A DNA stretch of 64,000 nt, from contig CM022677.1 in assembly GCA_012295275.1 (NCBI GenBank), positions 124,001 through 188,000 of the forward strand. Direction: 5' to 3'. Origin of the DNA: Chrysomallon squamiferum. Its lineage: Eukaryota; Animalia; Mollusca. Of this stretch, positions 39,705 through 53,300 are shown piece by piece (position 1 is the stretch's first letter; the number at the start of each line of letters is the position of its first letter). The position numbers and the translations under genes are program-made. Under the pieces are notes generated by a model. The model saw only the letters and a list, made by a program, of their open reading frames with translations, did no database searches and was not told where the DNA came from.

Positions 39705-40339
39705 GGAAGGAGGGACTGTTGTTACTGACAGTGTTGTATCTTAACAACTAGAAGAAAAACTTACAAGAAAATGAAATAGAAGAACTTTCCACAAAGTTGG
39801 ATGCTGCAATTGGTAATAAATAAATTTATTTAAAAAAAAAGAACAATAAAAATAAAAATAACAAAAAAGAAACAATAATAATAAAAAATAAATAAGTAAA
39901 TAAATAAATAACTAACCTGAACCTAAACCTAACACTAGTCCTAGCCCTAATCCTAACCCTAACTCTAATCTAAGTTAATCCTATGGTAAAAATAAGAAAG
40001 AAGAAGGAATAAAAGGTTTTATTATTGTTAATGCTGCTGTTGTATTGTTTTCATTTTAAACTATTTATATAAATTTAATTAATTTTAAGGTTTCACTGTC
40101 AAGAAGTCAGGGGAGAAAATTGCATCATCTTGTAAGTGTCTCTTCAGCGTCCTGATTAAACTGACAGCACTTGGAGGACATCCTGGTAAACAGTTATAGT
40201 TATTTTTTATTTTAACATTTATATGGTTCATATTTATCTTCCTCTAGGAATGCTGGGTAATATGATGCACTGTCCAGCCATTCTTGCAGATAAAGGAAAT
40301 AGTCAACTTCTGACTCTGCAGCCATTTTGAAAGGTCATG
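39705..40339 (+). pseudogene. Three exon-like segments of unknown origin (about 39705-39812, 40091-40185, 40249-40339)
   Basis: Each is a more GC-rich block between a pyrimidine-rich AG and a GT (CCTTCAG|...|GTAATA; TTTTAAG|...|GTAAAC; CTCTAG|...|GTGAGT). The first contains a coiled-coil-like LQENEIEELSTKLDAAI. Stops are present. Confidence 0.4.
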
Positions 40340-40403
40340 GTGAGTGATTATATAGTATGTAGTAGTGCAGTAATAACAGTTCACAGCTATCTGTCTTTCT
40401 TTC

Positions 40404-41050
40404 TATATATCTATCTGTAATAATAAACATCACATTCTGTATGTATCTATCTGTAATAATAAACATCACATTCTCTGTGTATCTATCTGTAATAATAAAC
40501 ATCACATTCTCTATGTATCTATCTGTAATAATAAACATCACATTCTCTGTGTATCTATCTGTAATAATAAACATCACATTCTCTGTGTATCTATCTGTAA
40601 TAATAAACGTCACATTCTCTATGTATCTATCTGTAATAATAAACGTCACATTCTCTGTGTATCTATCTGTAATAATAAACGTCACATTCTCTGTGTATCT
40701 ATCTGTAATAATAAACGTCACATTCTCTGTGTATCTATCTGTAATAATAAACGTCACATTCTCTGTGTATCTATCTGTAATAACAAACATCACATTCTCT
40801 GTGTATCTATCTGTAATAACAAACATCACATTCTCTGTGTATCTATCTGTAATAACAAACATCACATTCTCTGTGTATCTATCTGTAATAACAAACATCA
40901 CATTCTCTGTGTATCTATCTGTAATAATAAACATCACATTCTCTCTGTATCTATCTGTAATAACAAACATCACATTCTCTGTGTATCTATCTGTAATAAT
41001 AAACATCACATTCTCTATGTATCTATCTGTAATAATAAACATCACATTCT
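40404..41050. repeat. 36-bp minisatellite, about 18 copies
   Basis: Unit TATCTATCTGTAATAA(T/C)AAAC(A/G)TCACATTCTCT(G/A)TG; the 12-aa periodic ORFs on both strands derive from it. Confidence 0.98.
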
Positions 41051-41210
41051 CCTTATTTATGAATATTTTATCTTGTTGTCTTGCCCTCTTGATAATTCAG
41101 TATGTATGTGCATGTGTAATTATTGGATTGTTTTAAAAAGTTATTATTATAACAAGTATACACACCCAGATATGAATGCGTTTTGTTTTGAATACAATCT
41201 GCACATTTAG

Positions 41211-41410
41211 NNNNNNNNNNNNNNNNNNNNNNNNNNNNNNNNNNNNNNNNNNNNNNNNNNNNNNNNNNNNNNNNNNNNNNNNNNNNNNNNNNNNNNNNNN
41301 NNNNNNNNNNNNNNNNNNNNNNNNNNNNNNNNNNNNNNNNNNNNNNNNNNNNNNNNNNNNNNNNNNNNNNNNNNNNNNNNNNNNNNNNNNNNNNNNNNNN
41401 NNNNNNNNNN
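41211..41410. other. Assembly gap (200 N)
   Basis: Run of exactly 200 N. Confidence 0.99.
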
Positions 41411-42806
41411 TGTGTTTCATTTTATAAAACTCAGCCATAAATACTACTCTCTATTTATTAGTTATTATACAACTACTTCTATTACTTCCTACTAAGAATA
41501 ACTTTAATTATCATGCAGAACTGAAAGGTATGAGTGGGGAATGAGACATGGAGTAGTCAAGGATAGAATAGAGGAATTGGTGATGCAGTTAGATGACAAC
41601 AGAGACGATCGTCAATATATTGTTATTCATTTATTACAAAAATTCAGCTAAAATTACTCAAAAAAATTAAAGTTGCAGGTCTTGTGACAGGGATTCTATA
41701 TCGTATTGTTTAATAAGTTATTTTCGATTATCTACTTTAAAACTATCCAAGAAACGCAGACGACAAAACATTTAGAAGCTAAATTACAAACATGTACTTC
41801 AAAATTATATAAAAAGAAAAAAGTACTGTGGCATTACCTGGAATATACAAAGTCAACTCTTCATGATTCTTAAGTCTACATTTATTTACAAAATCCATAA
41901 ATAACAAATACCAAAATAACAGCAGCAATCTCGCACCCTAAAAACAAAACTTATATGAGGGAAAATCTCCCTTCCAGCTACATTTATGTATTTTATTTTA
42001 TTTATTTATTTTTATATATATATATATATATTTTTTTTTTTTTCTTCTTTGTAGGGTTGACAGTGTACGTCATTGCACACCACAGAAAATCGCTAATAAC
42101 AGAAACGTCATATAGCTGAATAAAGTAATGTAAATGTGTAGGTGTATTCATGGGATATCAATTTATATGGAGTAAACAACATAAAGTGTCTAATAAGATA
42201 AAACCACTCGCTTGAAAAATAAAGTCAATCGACTGTCAAAACCGGATTCACTGGGACCATGGTGTGCCGTTTAGACAGTGCCGGGATTCTAAACATTAAA
42301 ATAACATAAAACTGAAATATTTGGTTTATTATTACGTGTTAATGGTCTATCAGTTGTCTCTGTCGACTGCGTTTTCTTCAAATTCCTCTCTGTCATTTAA
42401 TCCCAAGTTTTACATTAATTGGTTTCGATAACAGCAGTAAAAGGGTTAATTTGTTTGCCACTTTAAGATAATCGGTGTACGAAAGTTTGTTGTATCGTCA
42501 GTCCATTCAGATTTTAATAATAATAATAATAATAATAATAATGTGTGTGTGTAATAAGCATATATTCATGACGTAACAATACAGTTTATACCTACAACAA
42601 ACCGTCTGAAATGTTCAGGTACTGACATTTATGATAATTCCTGTAAAATAAAAATGGAATTAGTTGGGAATCGCATGTTACCTCCAATGTGGCGTTTTAG
42701 TTTTATTTTGTAAATTCAAGGCAAACAAGCAAAAATGTAAGACAGTCTGTTTTAACTCAGTGAATTAATAAGTTATAAGCTGTTGTCTGTGTATATATGT
42801 GTGTAT

Positions 42807-42854
<48 letters not shown>

Positions 42855-43667
42855 AGTTTCTAATATAAATTAAGTACTTGTCTGTTGACCTCATTTGTTT
42901 AACAATATCATATACATGTTAATTTATCTACAATGGACAGCTAATATATATATATATATATGATTTAATTAATACAAGCAGTGTAACCCATTATTGACTA
43001 CTGATAAATACAAATTTGATGTTACATATCAAAGAGACTTATCGACGTTTGGCTAAATAAAGTAGACACTGGTAAATTTAATACTTTAAACATACATATT
43101 ATAAATATTCACATACAGCATATTTGATTATTTTGTTGTTGATTTTTATTATTATTTTAGTAAATAAATAAATTAATTGGTCAAACAATCCTTAAAAATA
43201 TATCCTTTTACAAATCTTTAATTTTCATCTCAAGAACAAAAGATTAACTGAATTGTAACAGATGTTACAATGAGCAAACATGTTTATATAGGTTTGTCGT
43301 TGTATCTCTTATGTCTAAAGGCAAAGTGTAGCATTTGCAATGATTCTAAGGCCTTAAAGAAGATCGAGAGACAAGAGGACGTAATTATTATATTTTGAAC
43401 GATAGTAATCATTTACACAAAAACAGACATCTTTTGAAAAATACTGCGGAATTAACCAAAAGAAAGAAAGGGGATAAAAAAAAATAATAAAAAAATAAAA
43501 ATAAAAAATCAATAAAATCAACTAAAAAGCTTTACTATATATTTTATTATTTATTTATTATTTTAAATAAATGCCTATGGAAAATATTTACAAACAACAA
43601 ATTAATCAATAAGCAAGAAATCTCTTTCTTGGATCTGCACACATTAAAAGTTGTATCGTGTTTCATT

Positions 43668-44485
43668 TTATTCTTCTGGATTTGTGGAACATGGTCGCTT
43701 GAATACTTTCTTTTCTAGAATCCAGTAAGTTGATACCCATTTAGAGCCCATAAGAACAGGACAAGCTCCGTGAATTGTCATTTTGTTAGGTGTACCATTC
43801 CGATATAAAATGTAAAATGCACCTGCTTTAGGTTGTATTCTTACACCAAGATAAAAAACACTGTTGCACCTCTTCTACATCCATATGGGTTTAACCACGT
43901 GGCAATTCTGTTTTCACCAGGAAAGATATGCTATGTTGAAATAGTCAGTATCAGCCGTGAACTGTCCGGCTATTCCGTAGTTGCCACCTGAAGTGGTTCT
44001 GAAGCTTTCATTGAAAGACCTGTGATTGCTTCAATTCGTTTCTGACTTCTCGCGTCTACTTCTATAGAACCTCTTCTAGACATGTATGTTTGTTTAATTC
44101 TTTTTCTCAGATTTGATATTTTTTTTCCACAGTGATTGATTTCAGATGGATTTATAAAAGTGGCAAAAAACTGTTTTAATGTCTTCAATTGCAGCATCAC
44201 TGATAAAATCATGATAGAGAACAATTTTCGGTGAGTGAATCTCTTCTTTAGCAGGCTTAGATTTGAAGCGGATTTTGTTGTTGTAATGGTGGCGACATTT
44301 CAGACGATGTGTCTGTCGGTGGCATAAATTCTTTTTGGGACAAGAGAGAGCATCGAAAGTTGTTTTTTCTTTAACTATGACATTTTCTTTTCTATTTTCT
44401 GTCCTTGAATACTTTTTCCTTCCGTTCGGAGCACGTTCTAGTTCAGGAGCTAACATTAACTGTTCATTTGTCAGATTTAAAACTT
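43668..44485 (-). pseudogene. P4HA: Intronless, 5'-truncated prolyl 4-hydroxylase alpha subunit pseudogene (probable retrocopy)
   Basis: Across several frameshifts: LTNEQLMLAPELERA; RLKCRHHYNN; PAKEEIHSPKIVLYHDFISD; RIEAITGLSMKASEPLQVA/NYGIAGQF; NRIATWL; GATVF; TIHGACPVLMGSKWVSTYWI; FKRPC...EE* (stop at 43668). These match collagen P4H alpha motifs LQVANYG.GG, NRIAT, H.ACPVL.GSKWV, RPC. No introns; the HxD iron ligand is replaced (ADTD). Confidence 0.92.
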
Positions 44486-44496
44486 GCTCTATCTCT

Positions 44497-45960
44497 ATCA
44501 TTTGTCGTTTCTATATCTTTGTCTTTGTCTCCTTCTCTTTACCCTACATCACTAGCCACGTGTATCTGACTCTCTAGCTATATCTCTATCACATTGCCTC
44601 CTTTGTACCCGTATCTCTGTACCCGTCTCTTCTCTAACTAATCTGTCTATCCCATGAATCAGACTATCAATCATTTGTTTGTCTCTGCTTATATCTCTAT
44701 CACTTGTCTCTGTCGCTCTACCTTTATCTCTGTCATCTTTTTTCTCTCTACGTTTATCTATCATTTTCCGTGACTCTTTAGCTATATCTCTATCATTTGT
44801 CTCCTTCTCTTAACAATAACTTATCTGTATCATTATTAATTCTCATTTGATATGTGGTACAAACATAAGATTATATCCCTTCCATTGAGATGGACTTCCA
44901 CAAACTTGGGATGCAGAGTTCTCTTCCACCCACGTGGGATGCCTTTAAACTTTCCTTGCACTTCAATTACGGTACATCTCACGTAGAGAATCTAATCGAT
45001 ATAATTAAAAGTAAAATTACATCAATTAGGTTATCTCCCTTTAGTGATGTGTTCTGAAACGCTGATTAAAGTTATTTCCCTTGCATGGAACCGCTCCTTC
45101 TAAGCCCCGCGCACGCTAATTATCCGTACGGGATATATGAACCTCCAGAAGCCGCCGGATTCGGGTCCACGATTGGAAAATCCGCGCATAAAAGATGTAG
45201 CCTATATCTTCATCGCTTCTCTTTGTCTGTATGTACCTGTTCTCTATCCATGACTCTCTCTATCTATATCTCTTTATTTTCATCTTGATTATTTCTCTCT
45301 GTCTCTCTAACTGTGTCTGTCCCGTGACTAAGCCTTCCTACCTATTATCTTCTCTATCATTAGGCTCTGCTTCTCGCTATTTTTACCTCTGTCACATCTG
45401 TCCCCATACGTTTCTATCTATCTCTCTATCTGTATCTTTATCTCGTTCTGTACCTTGATAACGTCTGTCTCTGAACCACATCTCTATCACTTCTCTCTGT
45501 CTACATATATTGCTGTTGCTTGTTTCTGATTCTCTACCAGCATGTCTAGTACTTGTACATCTCTCTACCATTATCTCTATCACTTGCCTTTCTCTCTACA
45601 TTTACTAGTATCATTTGTCTCCATGTCTCAACTTAAATCTTTATCACTATCATTTGTCGTTCTACCTATATCTTTGACTTGTCTCCTTCTCTTTACCTAC
45701 ATCACTAATACGTGTATCTGACTCTCTAGCTATATCTCTATCGCATGCCTCCCTTCTTTCCATGTACCCATGTCTTCTCTACTATCCTCTATCCACGAAT
45801 CAGACTATCAATCATTTGTCTCTACTTATATCTATCACTTGTCCTCTCTCTCTGCTTTATCTCTGTCATCTTTTTTCTCTCTACGTTTATCCTGTCATTT
45901 TTCCTTGACTCTTTAATATCTATCATTTTGTCCTTCTCTTAACAATGCTTATCTTATCAT
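44497..45960. repeat. CT-rich degenerate repeat region with two ~320-bp direct copies (44497-44830 and 45649-45960)
   Basis: Shared TTGTCTCCTTCTCTTTACC.TACATCACTA...CGTGTATCTGACTCTCTAGCTATATCTCTATC and GAATCAGACTATCAATCATTTGT. Confidence 0.85.
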
Positions 45961-46017
45961 TGTGGTATCTTTTGATATCTTTTGAATACTGATTTGTCTT
46001 CACAAACATCACAAAAA

Positions 46018-46116
<99 letters not shown>

Positions 46117-46533
46117 AGAAAAATACAGATACCTGTGTCCATCTGAACTTTACAGTTTCTCAGAAATGTGCTGTTTTATTGAAACAGTCTCTCCTCCACT
46201 CATCCAGTCTGATTATTTATATCAAAAAAAATATAATCACTAACAAAATTAAAATAATAAATAAATAAATAAATTAATAAATAAATAAAATGATAAGGTC
46301 AGGCAAGGGGTTGTTCATTTAGCATGGATATTTGAGGCTAAACACAAAGGGTGTTTAATAAACAAGTGTTTAGCAGGTTGATAAAAACTAGATACAAACT
46401 ACACAAATAGTTGCATATATACTTACTACATGCACTCATGCAGACAAATATACACAGTATACCACCATGTTTTAGAATAGTCATGTATTTTCATTTCACA
46501 CCAGCAATAACATGTATACAAACATGATACATG

Positions 46534-46564
<31 letters not shown>

Positions 46565-49080
46565 TCAAACACAAACACATCAATGTACACATACATGTAA
46601 CTTTATCGTATGTCTGAAACCAGTTACACCCCTTTATATCAATATAAATATCACACACACACATGCACACAAACACACACACGAAGACACTGGATGTGTA
46701 AAAAAAATAGATGAATGAAAGGATAAATGAATAGAGATATAATAAAATATTACAGTAATGACTTATTCTCAGATGATCAACACAGACTACAAACTAATCA
46801 GTATTTCAGTGTAAACTAACACTGCATGTCTCTCTATACACCAACTTAAACTACTAAGTCAAAGTTTACCAATCACCTTCTAGTTATCTAGTCCTTTAAT
46901 ATTCTTAATACAAAAAAAGGCTTTTAATCTGGAAACAATTTATACTGCACTTCTCCTAGTCAAAGAGTGTCACTATTGCTACTACTACTATTACTACTAC
47001 AATAATAATAATAACAGTAATAATAATAATTGCAATAACAATAGTAGAAATAATAATAATGATAATCACAATGATAATAATAATAATAATCAAAAAAGTA
47101 CACTGAATTATTTTTATTATCTTTTTCTATTCATGAAATTCAAACTACCAAATAAAGAGGCACACACACACACACACACACATTTAGATACGTTTAATTT
47201 ACTATACATTCCTTTGCATATCCTGTTCACATATTTTCACTACGCAGAGCTTTCCTAAGAGTGCATTACAGTTAACTAAACCATGTGTTTAACTTTGCAG
47301 TTTTAAAGATTTCTGCAAAATTAATTCTTTTATAGAAGGTAATAATATGGAAATCCTGGAGTTTATTTGTTTATTCTAGAACACTGCCTTTGAACAAAAC
47401 TGCATTTCCTAAAGTATTTGTTCCTTCATTGTACATAGAAATACATCACAGATGAAATTTAAACTATCTTGTGTTTGATTTTTGTTTAGATCAGTATGCA
47501 ACAAAAGAGAAATAAAGAAGGAAACATTTAAAATATTTTAAAATTTATTTTATTCAAGATATTAATAAGGAAAGCGGATAGTTCCAACTGAATCAAACCA
47601 AAATAAACTAAAAAAGTCTCATTGGTCCTGATGAAGAAAACAAAAAAAAAACAGAAAAAAACCTTAAAACAAAATTAAAATCATCATACAGCCAGCCATA
47701 TATTTAGAAATAATTTTGATGAATAAACAAATAAATAAATAAAATTAAAATAAACACCTAAAACAGAGTTCTCACTATGTGATAAATTATTTGTAGCTAG
47801 AAATAACCAAACTATAAATCTGTTAAATATAAAATCACTTTCAGCAAAAGAAATGCTTAATTTTTAGTCTCTTTAATTTCACAATGTTTGCTTTTTCTTT
47901 ATAACACTTTAAAGTTTTACAAGTCTGAAACCACCAACGACTGTTAAATACAAAATGAATAAAAATGTAACTGAAAGTTTAAAAGTATGAATTAATCTTT
48001 TTGAAAGAAAGCAAATAAGAATTTATTTCTGGATGATTTGCAGTTCAAATTGTAAACAGGCTCTCTTTTCTTTAACAGGAAGGTTAATTATTTTTCAACT
48101 ATTATTATTTTTTTGGGGGGTGGGGGTTGGTACAACAACTCTTTTTCTAAATTATTTCTGAGTAAAAAATCTACAAAGAAGTTAATTTTATTTCTTTATA
48201 AATACAAATATCAAAAATGAGGCTTATTTTAAGAAACAAAATTATACATAAAATTAAAATAATAATATTTTCTGACTATATATATAAATATATATAAATT
48301 TATATTTTATATACATACAAACTTATATATATCAAAACCTTTTCAGTAATTTACATCACTCATGAAAATGTATTTTAGTTTTCTTCCCTGAATGTAATTT
48401 TTAGTAATTAAAATAAACTATATTCTAAACTAAAATTATTATATCTTTCAAATAATTATAATTTTTTTTATTATTATTACACAATTATACATTATGAAGA
48501 TAATAATAATTTTTTGTAAATCACTATAACATATATAAATATAGATAATCTTAATTGGTACTATTTTCAGTAATTTATGTTATATATATATATATTGTTT
48601 TTTATATATACATATGTCTGGTTTAGACAAGTGTCCTCTCTACCCAGATTCATCTGATCAATATTACTATAACCTGCTAAACTAATAAATATATCCAAAG
48701 CAAAATATATAAACAAAGCTAGTGAATATAAAAAGCAAGATAATATCTTTAAGAAAAAATATAAAAACATACCTAGTTACAAAAACAAAAATAATAATAA
48801 TAATTTAAAAATAAATAAATAGAGACAATTATAAAAAAAAAAAAAAAAAAAAAAACCAAGAGAAATAAAAGAGAGAAAGAACAGTATTTATTTCTAAATT
48901 AAAAATCGTGACATCAGCATGCAGTTTCTTCCAAAATAAATTTTCACCAACATGTTGGTAAGAAGAGAGCAAGTTTTTTGTTTTTATTTTATTCTAGCAG
49001 ATATTCCTCTCAGTTTATATCAGAGATTAAATTGATGAATTATTCTAATTAGACGATCAGAATAATGGAATGGTGTGTGT

Positions 49081-49112
<32 letters not shown>

Positions 49113-50307
49113 TTGTGTGTGTGTGCACTTAAAGCTTCCAGGATTAATAGATACAAATAGTGACTCCACGGTTATGAATTAAATTAAATAACGTCCTGTA
49201 GGAAATACTAGGTAAATGAAATAATGTTTGATTAAAGGCACTAAACAGAATGATCAGCATGAAACAGAATAATTAGTAATTCAGAGGTTTGTATACAGTT
49301 GAACTTGCATAATCACTGATTCTGATGTATTTATCTTTTTATTTTTAACTTTAAGTAATGTATATGAAAGAGAGAGAGAATTATATTTTGACACAAGGAA
49401 AACTTTTTTGTATTATTTTCAGTATAATTTAAAATATTTATATATAAATATAGTTTATTAACAAAACCAAGAGTTTAGTGTTTAATATACACATCATTAT
49501 AAACAAATTATATACAACATCTATTGTAGCAGATATATCTCATTAGGCAATCTACTGATATATACTGTAGCTCTAAATATTCGGACGCACTTTTTGCGAT
49601 GGATTCTCAAAACCTTTATGAAAATAGCAGATACTCCAGGAAGAGGGAGACACGGATCCTGTATTACCTACATGGTGAAGAAACTCTTACCTTATTAAAT
49701 TATCAGTTTCAGCAGATGAAGTGATTTTAAAAGATTTTAAGAATGCGAGTTCCATTCAGTTTGTTTACGAAACTTTCAGCTACTTTGTGTAGGAACGCCA
49801 GTCGCACTGTCTTCACAGCGCTTAACTGACGTCACAAAACTCGAGCGAAAATTGACAAAATAAAATTAAAAAATTAAACGTCGGACCCGATTCAAATGTT
49901 CCACAAAAAAGTTTTGCCTCAGCAGGATCAGTTATGAGCGATTTCTTTTCTCTTCTTTTCTTTTTATTGTAAATAATAAATTTTATTGACCTAATTCAAA
50001 CAAAGATTCAAATTTTAATAGTTTGAACACGATGTCAGGTGCCCCGAATCATTAGTTTAACCATCTGACTGGTTAAACTAATGTTTATATAAACAATGTA
50101 GATATTTTTATTTATTTATTTATTTATTTAAAAATAGTACAAATTAATATTATTTTCTAAAGAGATACTGTATTATTTTTTTTCTTATTATCTTTGCTAA
50201 CAATAAATATTTTGAGATGATATTATTGTAAAAATATAGTCTAAGCACATTTTAGATATTCAACATATCATTCATATTTCTGTTTCACTTGTTCATATTT
50301 TTTGTCT

Positions 50308-50397
<90 letters not shown>

Positions 50398-53300
50398 CTT
50401 TCAAAATACCATAAAATTCTATGACTATCTATTTTAGAAATTTTTCGTGTTAATTGAAAGATTATATTTATTTCAGGCAGCAGAGTTTTACTACCAGACT
50501 GTGAACAGACAGTGGTTATTTAGATGTTATAATTACTAATGCTGATAGTTTTAAAAATAAATAAAAAATTTTCAATTTATATTGTTGGCTTGTTATTCGT
50601 TGAACACATTTGTGTATCAGTTTGCCAGAAAATCTTCCGCTTGTGAATGTCACTTGTATGATGAATGTTCACTCGGCCTGTCAACAAAGAGCCTGGGAAC
50701 TACTGAATTAATGATCACGTCGAGAGTGGTGGGTGTTACGGGTTCTTGTTTCACAGAATGATCTAGCGGCAAGGTTGCCAAATAACGCGAGTTCCTTTTC
50801 TTTCTTACTAAAAGCCCCGATAATTTTTTGATAGGATAGAACTGTGGATTAATGTGACCGATAACAATATTTCTATTCATCTGTATTGAATGTTCAGTGC
50901 TAGTGCTAATACAGTTTTTGAGAATAGTATTTATAATTTTCATTGCGTTATTATTACTCTTATATTCAGTCGTTTCAGAAAAACATTTGGTTAAATAAGT
51001 GCACACTTCAACATCACCTCTATCTCTAAAAATGTATCCTTTTCCTGAGAACTTCATAATAATTATTGTAAACACTCGTGTGAAAATAACTGTGATTTCT
51101 TCAAGTGAGGATAATGTAAATTCTCTTAACACACTTGATCGCTGACTATCAATCAGAAAACAAAATACCTGAATTAATATAAGGAACATGTTTTTATTAG
51201 TTTGCGTACATTTCAATAAAAATATTGAGTCCTTTTTTCACATTCGCAGTTTACAAAAGACACTTTACTTACACATTTATATTCACAAAATAAACTTAAA
51301 TAGGATAATGTTTTCTATAGTGTATAAAATATTTAAGTTCCACGTACAGTAAAATTACGGCTTTTTATTATACGATTTAATATTAGAAAGTAAAATATTA
51401 CGTTACTTTTAATAAAATGAACGTTTCGTATCTTATCTCACGTTAGTTGCACAAAGTTCTGCTGTATATTCATACAGTTCTTTTTATAATATTGTTAATT
51501 CAAAAAGATCACCCGCTGTATTTTCCAAAACAATGTGTTAATATTACCGCCGCACCTCTGTTGAGAAACTAATGACGTCTAATACAGACAGTGACTGAGG
51601 TGGTAAAGTTAATCCTAGTTGTTCAGTGAAACATGTTTCTAATGTTTGTAATTTGTCACATGCGCCCTCTTTATTTCTCGATATATTTTTGACGTCACAT
51701 ACAAAGTTATTGTTATTTAAAAAAACAAACATTATAACACTGAAGCTCCATCTATATTTCTGAATATAAACAAGTGAAATCATACCTGTAATTTTCAGAA
51801 TAATTTGTCATGCAGCACCTCAGATTGTATTGATAATTATATATTGATTTTCTTTTTCTAGACAGGTATGTATTGAAAAGCTGAGGTTACATTGTTAGAT
51901 AATAGCAAATAATTAATTATATGTGAAGTCATATTCATCTTAATATTTCTAGTTGAGAAGTACAGTGAATATTCAGAAATAAAAATATCGCTACCAGATA
52001 AAACGATATTTCTTTAGCAGCTGTATTAATGTGATATTTCTCAACGGAGTTTGTGTTGTTTACTACATTAAGGCAGAATAATTTGTAATCAGCAAAACTA
52101 ACGTAGTGTTTTTGTTAAGAAAATACACTATTTACACTGGTAATTTTACGCTGCTTAATTTTTACACATCATAACTGTCTAACTAGTATTACTTGTTACT
52201 AGCTTGATCCACAGAATATACTGAATGGTATCCTGAAAGATAACAGTGGATTCTTCAGTAGTCCAGTCAGTCTGCATGAGGAACATCGTGGGATCCAGCA
52301 CAAATTGTAATATATATATATATATTTTAATACAGAATGAACACGGTCAGAAAACGTGGAATAAAAAACGAAAAGGAATAATGAGGAGTACACCAGTAAC
52401 GTTAGGAACAACGCCGGCATGATGGCAATGAAGCCGATATTAATAGAAATATTAATAACATACTTTAATATAGAATGCGCACGTTACAAAATAAGAATAA
52501 AAGCGAAAAAGGATAGTGAAGTGTACACCAAGATGTTAAGAACAATGCTGGAACGACGGCAATGACGGCCTCTTGAATAGAAAGAGTAATGATATTTTTT
52601 AACGTGGGATGTGTCACTCATTGCAATAGTTAATAAAAGTCAGAAGAATAAGGTGAAATATACCGAGAACATTAAGAACAACTCCGTAACGATGGTAATG
52701 ATGGTGTATTAATAGAGATAACAATAATATATTTTTGTACAGGACGGGCACGGTGAGAGAATAAGAATAACAGAGAATAAAAAAACGAAAAGGAACAACG
52801 TCAAGAACAACACCCGTACCACGGGAACTACGGCGAAATTAACAGAAATTACAATTAATATATTTTAATAGGTGATGCGCGTGCCGTGAAAGTATGAGTA
52901 ATAATTAGTGAAAAGCGCTAAATAATATCAAGAATATATTCTAATATATAATATGCGCACTAAGATGGTAAGAATAACAGCTAATAAAAAGAGTAAGAGA
53001 ATAATGAAAAATAACAAAATCTTTAGGAATAATCAGTTTACGACGGCAACGATGGTGACATTAATATAAATCGTATTAATAGTTTTTAACGTGAGCTGTG
53101 GACACTAAGAAAGTGTGAAAAATAGTTAATAAAAAGGAAAATAATAAAGAGAAGTACACATAGAATGTTGAGAACAACGCCGTTACCGGCGACATTAATA
53201 TAAATTACAACAATATAATTTAATAGGTGATGTGCCCGCTGAGAAAGTTTGAGGAATAAATAGTGAAAAGCGCTAAAGAATATTGAGAAGTATGAATAAT

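Noticed and set aside
40335-41136. 236-aa and 231-aa ORFs as repeat proteins
   Set aside because: Both are translations of the 36-bp minisatellite on opposite strands; the unit length is a multiple of 3, so stop-free frames arise passively.
44497-45960. LTR retrotransposon or TRIM
   Set aside because: The direct repeats are low-complexity CT-rich sequence without clear TG...CA ends, PBS, PPT or TSD, and similar sequence continues between them.
50840-50870. GHINP as a UDP-glycosyltransferase N-terminal motif
   Set aside because: The paralogous copy reads CHINP, and no other glycosyltransferase motifs are visible.
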